A DNA stretch of 64,000 nt from Octopus vulgaris. Lineage: Eukaryota. The position numbers were made by a program, and so were the translations under genes. The notes under the pieces were generated by a model that made no database searches, was not told the DNA's origin, and saw nothing but the letters and a program-made list of their open reading frames with translations. Location of the stretch: the NCBI GenBank assembly GCA_951406725.2, contig OX597823.1:84568001-84632000 (forward strand), in the 5' to 3' direction. Of this stretch, positions 53,236 through 64,000 are shown one piece after another (positions within the stretch are counted from its first letter, which is position 1; the number at the start of each line of letters is the position of its first letter).

Positions 53236-53759
53236 TATGTTCAAACCGAATACAAGGTCTCGATGCCTGAGATAGAGTGGATTCCATTAGAGACACCTAA
53301 GGAGCCAAGTGTAGATGTTAAACATGGATGATGGATTAAGTCCACTAACAATGAAAGCCTTTGGGGGATTTGAAGTGAGGAAACAAACAGCCGAAACGAA
53401 CACCGCTCTCGCTGTGTTCGTGCTCTGCTCGTAGTTGTGTTCCAGTTCCAACTCGTGCTGGTGCTCGCAGCCGTGTAGGTGCTCGTCGTCGCGCTCGTCC
53501 TCGTAGGTTTGTTTGCGGTGGTAATCATACACGTCCCCGTTGTCGTACCCGCATTCGTTGTCGAGCTCGTTCTTGTCCACGCAGTCTTGCTCGTAGTCAT
53601 GAGCGTAATCGCCCCCGTTGACGTGTTCGTTTTCGTTGTCGTGCTCGTCCGCGTTGTCGTGGTCGTGTTTGTAGTCGTCCATTTTGTCGTGCTCATGTGT
53701 AAATTTAGTAGGCGGAAATTGAGTAGAAGACTACAGTCGTATGTGTTTAAATGCATAAG

Positions 53760-54255
53760 TGTATGCGAGTGTATGCCTCCCTTTTTGTGTTTGTTCACCT
53801 CACCACTTCACAACCGGTGTCGTTTTATTTACGTCCCTAAATGTGTGCATCTGTATGCCTTCTTTTCTGTGTTTGTTCACCTCACCACTTCACAACCGGT
53901 GTCATCCGGTGTCATTTTATTTACGTTCCTAAATGTGTGCGTGTGTATGCCTTCTCTTTTGTGTTTGTTCACCTCACCATTTCACAACCGGTGTCGTTTT
54001 ATTTACGTCCCTTAATCTGTGCGCGTGTATGCCTTCTTTTCTGTGTTTGTTCACTTCACCACTTCACAACCGGTGTCGTTTTATTTACGTTTCTAAATGT
54101 ATGCATGTGTATGCCTTCTTTTCTGTGTTTGTTCACCGCACCACTTCACGACCGGTGTCGTTTTATTTACGTCCCTTAATGTGTGCGTGTGTATGCCTTC
54201 TTTTTTGTGTTTGTTAACCTCACCACTTCACAACCGGTGTCGTTTTATTTACATT
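53760..54255 (+). repeat. Minisatellite, six copies of an 82-bp unit derived from SINE family B
   Basis: GTATGCC starts at 53771, 53853, 53945, 54027, 54109 and 54191. The array runs into the rest of a family B 3' half (to about 54398). Confidence 0.92.
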
Positions 54256-54428
54256 CCCGTCTAACTTAGTGAGTTTTGGCACAGAGACTGAGAGAATACG
54301 AGACTCGTACACGAGTATTGCGGTCTATTTATTCGACTGAATTCTTCACGGTGGTGCACCAGCTTGTCCACAGTCTTAGGAGTGAAACAAGTAAGAGAAA
54401 ACGAACAAAAATATAAGAAACATACATA

Positions 54429-54539
<111 letters not shown>

Positions 54540-54682
54540 CTACGACGGGCTTCTTTCAGTTTTCATCTATCAGATTCCATTCACACGGCTTTGGTTGACT
54601 CCAAGCTTTAGTAGAAGACCGTACTCAGAGACATGTAGTTGGGAAGCAAGCTTCTTATCACACACCCATTATACATACATAC

Positions 54683-54736
<54 letters not shown>

Positions 54737-55895
54737 ATATATATATATGAAAAAGAGTATCACGGAATGAAACCTTTAGTAACTGGCGTTTATCCAGGAG
54801 AAAAAATATTCGATACTTATTTTCCATAAGTGGATCGAAAGCAAAGTAGATGTTTTATTTTTAAATCATAGTTCTTTTCATTTTCTGTTAGACTATTAGA
54901 AATATCTTTTAACGTGACAAGATCCTAAGAAAATTATGGTTTTTTTGTTCTTATTATTAGCCACTCTTCCTGTTGAAAATGTCTGTTAGTTTTATTATTT
55001 GCCGAAGAAGAAGATTGTAATATATTTATTATATTTGATTTCGTTTTATACAATTGACAATTTTTAGAGATCTTGAACAGAGTCGTATTTTAATTATACA
55101 ACTCATTAAAACACGTACTGATTGACGAGTAAGAAGACGAAGTCTAAATTTAATAATATTTCACAAAACAATAATATCAAGACGAAATAGAGAGAGAGAG
55201 CGAGAGAAAAAAAAAAGCAACGAGAAAATCAGAGATAACGCAAAACAAACTCCACTAACAAAGCAATAATAACGAAGCGGTTGATGATAATGATGATGAA
55301 TATCAATAATAATAATAATAATAATAGTAATAATAATAATGATAATAATAATAATGATAATAATAGAATTAAGAGATTCATATGACCATAAATATCTTCG
55401 TCTTAGAAAAGAGAAAAAATGGTTGATAATTAAAATACATTTTTGTGCGTTACACCGCCGGTTTGAAATTATTATCAAAAACTTCGGATCAATTGCCTAA
55501 AAGTGTTCTTATAAATACCCAACATCAAAGTTTAAGATTCAAAAATTAATTAAAGTTGCTAAAAAGAAAATGACATCGAAATTTTCAACAATAAATACAT
55601 AAAATGTTTTTTAATATTGTAGAAGTAAACAGTTACGGGCAGACGATAATACAGAAAAACACTGCCACATGCACATACGCATGCGCGCACGCAAGCTGAG
55701 GTGCGAACACGAATATAAATGCATCCGTGCATCTATGCATGCATGTATGTCTGTCTGTCTGTCTGTATATATGTATGTATGTATGTATGTTTGTATGTAT
55801 GTGTATATGTATATATATTCATACATATTTCAATATGTGTATATATGTATGTAGTTATATATATGTGTATATATATATACATATAGATATAAGTA

Positions 55896-55926
<31 letters not shown>

Positions 55927-56171
55927 AATATTTATCAATCTATTTATATCTAACTTATGTATACATGCATACATACATACACAAACACAGACACACATAT
56001 ATATATAAATATACATACACACATATATATACACATATTTGTTGTTATGTCAATTTAGCATTGAGGAGAAGGATTACTCGATACTTTTAGCGGAGCATAT
56101 GTTTATCAATCTTCTAATTGTCTAAAGATTAGCTTTAGCTTTCAGTTTTAATAAAAAATCGCGCACGCACG

Positions 56172-56244
<73 letters not shown>

Positions 56245-56375
56245 ACACACACACACAAACGCACAAACATCTATCTTTACATATAACGGAAAATATGAAA
56301 TATCAAACTAAAATTTCTCAATATCTTTATTCCTGCAATGTCGCATAAGATATGGTAATAAAAATCAACAAAAAT

Positions 56376-56469
<94 letters not shown>

Positions 56470-56695
56470 GGCGGCGAGCTAGCAGACACGTTACCACGCC
56501 GGGCGAAATGCTTAGCGGTAATTCGTCTGTCGTTACGTTCTAAGTTTAAATTCCGCCGAGGTCGACTTTGCCTTCCGTCCTTTCGGGGTCGATAAATAAA
56601 GTACCAGTTTCGCACTGGGGTCGATGTAATCGAATTAACCCCTTTGTCTGCTTGTTTGTCCCCTCTATGTTTAGCCCCTTGTGGGCAGTAAAGAA

Positions 56696-56697
<2 letters not shown>
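56470..56697 (+). mobile_element. SINE family A monomer (tail type 2) embedded in (CTAT)n
   Basis: Full head GGCGGCGAGCTAGCAGA.. through to GTGGGCAGTAAAGAAAT, with (CTAT)n on both sides. Confidence 0.9.
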
Positions 56698-56755
<58 letters not shown>

Positions 56756-56815
56756 ATCTATCTATCTATCTTTCTACCCATCCATCAATCCATCCATCCA
56801 TCCATCCATCCATCC

Positions 56816-56927
<112 letters not shown>

Positions 56928-56967
56928 GCCTGTTTGTCTCTGTCTGTCTACCTCACTCACTTACTCA

Positions 56968-57014
<47 letters not shown>

Positions 57015-58816
57015 AATTCATTTTCGTCCTTTGTTACTCTGAATTCCACTTGTAGGTGCACAGGAATTTCAGGGCAAGAGTCACGAGACAGACACGAGTA
57101 ATATAAAAAAACTATCAGTAGTATTTCGTGTGGTACTGACTACTCTTTTTCCGACAGTAAACACTAAACGAACATGCATAGATAGGTACATGCATACACA
57201 CACACACGTACGTACGCACGTACATATACGTACTTACATACATACATACATCACTAGAACTGTAAAAACCTGTAAAACATTCCAGTAGTTTATCATTTAA
57301 ATATGTATGAGTATATCTAGATATGCAACTATATGCATGGGAATACATACATAAAGCAAAGCATACATACATACATACATACATACATACATACATACAT
57401 AAATACAAAAATACCCTGTTGTTGATGTTGAATTTCCAATGAAGGAGTTTTGAGTTCCAAAACTTTGGGGGAGGGGGCCAGTTTATTAGATCGACCCCAG
57501 TACGCAACTGGTACTTAATTTATCAACTCCTAAAAGATGAAAGGCAAATCGACCTTGGCGGAATTTTAAACAGAACGTAAAGACAGACGAAATACTCCTA
57601 AGCATTTCGCCTGGCATGCTAACGTTTCTGCCAGCGCGCCGCCTCAATTGGCAAGAAATATTGAAATAAAACTGAACAGTTACATACATATATGCATACA
57701 TATATACATACGTATATGCATGCATGTATCCATCCATCTATTCATCCATCCATCCACCCATCCATCCATACATCCATACATACATACATACATACATACA
57801 TACATACATACATGCATACATGATAATACATGCTGAAAAGCATCTGCATATGCACTGACACACTTGCAAATATATCCTATTGATTCCAATGAAGAAACCT
57901 TGGCTCTAGGTTAGAAACCGGCTCTTTCACTTTGGCAAGAAACTTTGAAATAGAGCTGAGTAATGACATACACACACGTACACAAATAGAATGCACACAC
58001 ACAAACACACACACACATATTAGTTTCTCGGTTATTACTTAGTACTGTTTTAAAACACGTTTTACAAAGACATTTTCGTTGATTAATCACCATATCTAAT
58101 GCGACATTTTAGTAATAAAAACATTGAGAAATTTTTGTTTTGTAGTTGGTATTTCCTGCTATTTATATTCTACAAAGCAAAATAACGGAATTTCTCGTTG
58201 CTAGGCTTTTGTTGTCAGTGAGTATCAGAAAATATCAACTTTCAATCTATTCAATACTCAACTGCCATTATTCGATCGAATGTAAATTAGATTTACTATT
58301 TACTACTTAATTTTAAAATTGTATTCGGATATTTATGAGTATGCGGGTAGTCTGAAGATTCCTCGTTGCATAGTTATGGGTTGTTCTTTGGCAAAGTATA
58401 ACCCCGTTCAGCCTTCCAACAAGGATACGGCGAAGTCGTGGGATTGCAGCATGGTGGATTGTGAAGAGGTGGAGGAAGAGTTCAAGTGAGCCAATGGGTG
58501 CTTCTTACATTAATGTTTCAGCAGACGAATCCTAGATGATCAACGATCAGGGTCACCAAGTTCTGTCAAGAGAGTAACTGCAATGCATTCATAGCGGTGG
58601 TGGCCATGGTTGCACAATCATGGTAATGGAAGATTCGCTATGAGTCAAGCTCTCAATTCAAATTTGTGATAATGGAATTCAATGGGACTCAATGAAAGAA
58701 GCAAAAACAAAAAAAAAGATACAACACGATGCAAAGAAATTGTGTCTTTACTAGCTCAGGCTTAATATCATCTATAAACAGCTTTCAGTTTAACTATCAT
58801 AAATCTCTCTTTTCTC

Positions 58817-59035
58817 TCTTACTTGTTTCAGTCATTTGACTGCGGCCATGCTGGAGCGCCGCCTTTAGTCAAGCAAATCGACCCCAGGACTTATTCTTTG
58901 TAAGCCTAGTATTCTATCGGTCTCTTTTGCCGAACCGCTAGGTTACGGGGACGTAAACACACCACCATCTGTTGTCAAGCAATTTTGTGTGGACAAACAC
59001 AGACGCACAAACATATATATACACACACACACGCA

Positions 59036-59081
<46 letters not shown>

Positions 59082-59252
59082 CATATATACGACAGGATTC
59101 TTTCAGTTTCCGTCCACCAAATCCACTCACAAGGCTTTGGTCGGCCCGAGGCTATAGTAGGAAACACTTGCCCAAGGTGCCACACAGTGGGAATGAACCC
59201 GGAACCATGTGGGTGGTAAGCAAGCTACTTACAACACAGCCACTCCTGCGCC
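58817..59252 (-). mobile_element. Full-length SINE family B
   Basis: Minus strand GGCGCAGGAGTGGCTGTGTTGTAAG..GGGTTCATTCCCACT.., ending GGCGGCGCTCCAGCATGGCCGCAGTCAAATGACTGAAACAAGTAAGA. Confidence 0.9.
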
Positions 59253-59865
59253 TCTAGCCACTGTCAACACTTAAGTATTTATTTCCGTTTTAGTGCTGTT
59301 AGATTGCGAAGCGGTGAAGGAAGAGTGTAACTGAGCCAACATTGCTTTTTAAATTGATGCTGAGCAGAAGTATCCTAGAAGGTCAACGGTCAAGATCACC
59401 AACCTCTAACAAGTGAGTAACTGCAATGGATCGAGAGGAGTGCCATCCATGGTTGTGTAATCAATTAATGTAAGATTCATTATGACTCAAGCTTCCGATT
59501 CAAATTCATAATAATGGAATTGGATTGCGACAGAGAATCATAGGAATCTGCGAAAGCAGCGCGACCGAAGAAGAAATTGTCTTTCAATTTCAGTTTCTGT
59601 TAGTAATAAAAAAAAAAAAAATCTTCGGTCCATTCTTCTTTCTTCTTTCTCGATGTTTTTTCAGATCTGAATAGAAACGAGCTCACCCAGTTTTAAAACA
59701 GAAAATATCGAATACACCTTACTTATAATGGCGCTTCCACGACTCCATGAAATGTCAAAGGCTTTTCACTACACCCACCAGTGTAACATGATTTAAGCGT
59801 TAAGTTATTTAAAATATCCAATTTTTGTACTCTTGGGTTCCACACTCCCACATTCGCTAGTGATG

Positions 59866-60042
59866 CAATGTCGTCTTAAGGCACAAGTGCATTGAGATGT
59901 AGCTCTGGGGACTCACGAGTCTAGGGGCCGAACTGAGATCTATGTATGCAGTGGCTTGATGTCAATACAGAGATACTTCAGGCCCTAGTGCTTTCATTTC
60001 CCCCGAGGGTGGGGAGCATATAATGCTGCTAAAACGTTCCTG
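59866..60042. mobile_element. Possible degenerate hAT-type MITE
   Basis: Ends CAATGTCGTCTTAAG and GCTAAAACGTTCCTG resemble a decayed CAGGGCCGTCTTAA/TTAAGACGGCCCTG terminal pair. Confidence 0.35.
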
Positions 60043-60334
60043 ATGTAATATCATTCTTCAGAACAGTGAATATATCTTTGCAGTTAATTTGAATCACCCT
60101 CAATCTTTCGAATTCCCTGCATCCGCTACAAGATTCAAATTTTGGCGCCAGGCCAGTAATTTGAGGGAAGCGTGTAAGTAGATTACATCGATCCCAGCGC
60201 TTAACTGGTGCTTAATTTATCGATCCCGAAAGGATGAAAGGAAAAGTCAACCACGATAGAATTTGAACTGGGAACTTAAATACGGACGAAATGTTGGTAC
60301 CGTGGTTACGATTCTACCAGATTGCCGTCTTTGG

Positions 60335-60697
60335 TTTCAAATTTAGGCACAAGGCGAACAGTTTTAGGGGAGGAGACAAGTCAATTACATCAACCCCTGT
60401 GCACAGCTGGTACTTATTCTATCGATCGCAGAATTTGAACGCAGAACGTGAAGATGGAAGAAATACCTATTTCTTTACTACCCACAAGGGACTAAACATA
60501 GAGGGGACAAACAAGGACATACAAACGGATTAAGTCGATTACATCGACCCCAGTGCGTAACTGGTGCTTAATTTATCGACCCGGAAAGAATGAAAGGCAA
60601 AGTCGACCTCGGCGGAATGTGAACTCAGAACGTAGCGGCAGACGAAATACCGCTAAACATTTCGCCCGGCGTGCTAACGATTCTGCCAAGCTCACCA
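60335..60697 (-). mobile_element. SINE family A dimer
   Basis: Diverged, internally deleted tail-1 unit joined at 60466/60467 to a near-consensus tail-2 unit. Confidence 0.88.
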
Positions 60698-61305
60698 TCT
60701 TATAAGATTTTTTAATACTGTAAATAGATTTTTGGCATTTTTTTTTGTTTGTTTCATAAAACTGCTTTATAAAATCCAAGAAAATAACCTATTGCATACA
60801 TCATTTAATTAGCAGTCTCTATAATTAATAAATAATATGCCAATGTATATATATTTATCGCTTAGAAATTTATTAATTTGCTGAGAATCCGGATATTAAA
60901 AAGTATCAGATTTACTAAAGAAGTATTATAGTATATAACCTATTGTGGTTTTATAGAATTTGGAATTGGCAAATATGTTATAGTTCTGCAGACAATATCG
61001 TCAGCTAAAACTTATGTACGACAAGGGTGACAGACTAAGGAACCACAAAACGCTAAGAATTTGTACGAAGCGCCAAGAAGTATGTAGGGGTTTCGCCACA
61101 AAGAGTAGCAGCGAATATTTTCTTATATATTACACAATAATATAATGAAAAAGTAATAACTGAAAACCCACAAACAAACCATAACAGCTATATAGTTTTG
61201 AGTTAGATTCCACGCAGTGGGACCTGGAACCTTAAGCCAAGTCTGATTAACAGCTTGTGAACGAATCTGGTTAACGGTAACTGTGTGCGATTCCATTGCG
61301 TGTGC

Positions 61306-61353
<48 letters not shown>

Positions 61354-61647
61354 CTTTTACTTGTTTCAGTCATTTGCCTGTGGCCATGCTGGAGCTCCAC
61401 CTGTAGTCGAGTAAATCGACCCCAGGACTTATTCTTTGTAAGCCTAGAAATTATTCTATCGGTCGCTTTTGCCGAAGCGCTAAGTTACGGGCACGTAAGC
61501 ACACCAGCATCGGTTGTCATGCGATGTTGGAGGGACGATCACAGACACACAAACATATACAAACACATATAAATATATACACATACATATATACGACGGA
61601 CTTCTTTCAGTTTCTGTCTACCAAATCCACTCACAAGGCTTTGGTCG

Positions 61648-61925
61648 GCCTCGGTGGAATTTGAACTCAGAACATAAAGACAAACGAAATACCTATTTCT
61701 TTACTACCCACAAAGGGCTAAACACAGAGAGGACAAACAAGGACAGACAAACGGATTAAGTCGATTATATCGACCCCACTGCATAACTGATACTTTATTT
61801 ATCGACCCCGAAAGGATGAAAGGTAAAGTCGAGCTCGGTGGAATTTGAACTCAGAACGTAGCGGCAGAGGAAATACCGCTAAGCATTTCACCCAGCGTGC
61901 TAACGTTTCTGCTAGCTCGCTGCCT
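61648..61925 (-). mobile_element. SINE family A dimer fused to a family B SINE
   Basis: Junction GAAATAC|CTATTTC at 61692/61693. The residual unit merges into family B sequence at about 61650. Confidence 0.85.
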
Positions 61926-62231
61926 TCTTACAAGCCAATATTGTGTCCTGTCAGTGTTAGAAGTGCCATTAATGAACTTCTTTATGTTATCGCTACCAGC
62001 AATCAATATGTAAGTAACTGTTGTCAGGAATATGCTTATTATGTAAAATTGGTATTTCGAATTATGTTAATTTAGTGGCTGTTTAAGCAATGAGTTCGTG
62101 GATGGTTAATGATGCTGAACAAGTAACGATACCTCTCGAAAAATTTTTATATATCCATCACCTGTTTTCCTATCTTCGACCGTATTGTTCACATAGCCGT
62201 ATATGTACACGACGGATCTTTACCTTTCGAC

Positions 62232-62526
62232 CGACAGATTTAAAACAGAATATTTTGTAACTGAACACTTTCAAACTTCGGACACTGGTAGAATGTGTCA
62301 TATAAAACATCCTTTACTCTTAGCGTTTTTGAGAAAAGCTTATATTTAGGAAGTTATTTCTCGTTAAAATTGTAGTATTTCGGTAATTTCAACCAATCAA
62401 TAACGTGTATTTAGCCGATTAAAATTATTGCTGTTGTTTGTCAACAAGAACATCCGGCTGTGTATATTCTACCAGTGTCCGAAGTTTGAAATTGTTTAGT
62501 TATAAATTTTTTTTAAAAATCTGTCG
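62232..62526. mobile_element. MITE with ~60-bp terminal inverted repeats
   Basis: CGACAGATTT..TTTCAAACTTCGGACACTGGTAGAAT is mirrored by ATTCTACCAGTGTCCGAAGTTTGAAA..AAATCTGTCG. Confidence 0.85.
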
Positions 62527-62899
62527 TAACAAATTAGTGCTGGCTCTAAGTTCTATAGGCAATCTGTAGAGACAGCTTTAAAAGGTGTTTAAAATAGTGT
62601 CTTGCATTAGGTATCGCATACATATTAACTTATCATCATAAATAATATAAAACTATGAAAGCTGGCCAAAATACTAGCCACGATGAGAGAGAATAAAGGT
62701 TTCTTATTCCGTCATTTTATTTCATTTAACGTATGATACTAATGATTTCGAATTGAATAAAGGTATGAATGTCTTCGAATCCCATTTCATTCATTACGTA
62801 TGTCCTTATTTATGAAATAGTAAAAGCACCTATATTCTAATTTACTGATTTGAAAAACTCAAGTATTACACAAATATAAAGGTGCGCAGCCGTCTATCA

Positions 62900-63706
62900 A
62901 AATATGCATGCATGCATGTATGTATGTATGTATGTATGTATGTATGTATGTATGTATGTATGTATGTATGTATGTATGTATGTATGTATGTATGTATGTA
63001 TGTATGTATGTATGTATGTATGTATGTATGTATGTATGTATGTTATGTAAGTATGTATGTATGATATGTATGTATGTATGTATGTATGTACGTATGTATG
63101 TATGTATATATGTACGTATGTATGTATTTAGGTATGCATGTATTATCTATATATCTATCTCTCTATCTATCTTTCTATGTATCTTTCTATCTATCTATAT
63201 GCTTTGCAACTCTCTCCTTCTCCTTCCATCATATACATGTATATGAGCATGTATACACACTCTTGTCAACATGCGCATACATTCATACATATATACATAA
63301 ATACATATACATGCCCACACACACATACACACACGCATATATGCATGTATACATATATACATATATCCATATATGTATGCATTAAAATAGAATCTATATA
63401 AATATATACATGCACACGTGCAAAAATGCATATAATATATATATATACACATATCTATGTGTAAGTGTATATATACATACCTATATATATGCACTTGCAC
63501 ACACACTTTGATATGAGTATAAAGTATATGTGTGCAACTATGGTTTTTTTGTACTATAACTAATTAAACGATAAAAGCACAGCAGTAGTTAAGTAAAAAG
63601 TTAAAAGTAACAGTGTATAACAAAAGTAAGGTTTGTAAAGCATGTATAAAAATGCTTTGGGACTGTATTCCTTTGTAATTCTTCGAAACACTGCAGTTGA
63701 AAACCC

Positions 63707-63787
<81 letters not shown>

Positions 63788-63960
63788 GTATGTGTGTATG
63801 TATATACAGATAGTTAGATACATAGATAGGTATACATACATGCATATATAAATATATATGCATATATGTACATATATATACATAAATATATATGAATATA
63901 TATATATATATATGTGTATATATATGTGTAAATATATATATGTATATACATGTGTATGTG

Positions 63961-64000
<40 letters not shown>
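62900..64000. repeat. (TATG)n and (TA)n tracts
   Basis: Seen directly. Confidence 0.95.

Noticed and set aside
53760-54255. Regularly spaced repeats resembling a CRISPR array
   Set aside because: The whole 82-bp unit repeats with no unique spacers; eukaryotic context and no cas genes.

Overview
AT-rich, microsatellite-saturated eukaryotic DNA (intronic or intergenic). The repeat families look like those of a coleoid cephalopod such as Octopus; this is an inference from sequence style, not a database result. I found no convincing host protein-coding gene, and almost the whole ORF track is microsatellite artefact. Recognisable content: a head-to-tail cluster of R4/Dong-type non-LTR retrotransposon pieces in (TAA)n (1-3222), decayed Tc1/mariner transposases, CR1-type LINE fragments, the 3' end of a Penelope-like element, MITEs and at least four tRNA-derived SINE families. 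Two systems stand out. (1) Six type I hammerhead ribozyme motifs with unrelated sequences: three sit in ~0.5-kb non-coding units with terminal direct repeats, two at the centre of long palindromes, and one after a Penelope ORF end, suggesting retrozyme or mini-Penelope elements. (2) A SINE subfamily repeatedly joined at the same nucleotide inside other copies of its own family (six matching junctions), suggesting sequence-specific self-homing. All folding and alignments were done by eye, and repeat boundaries are approximate.
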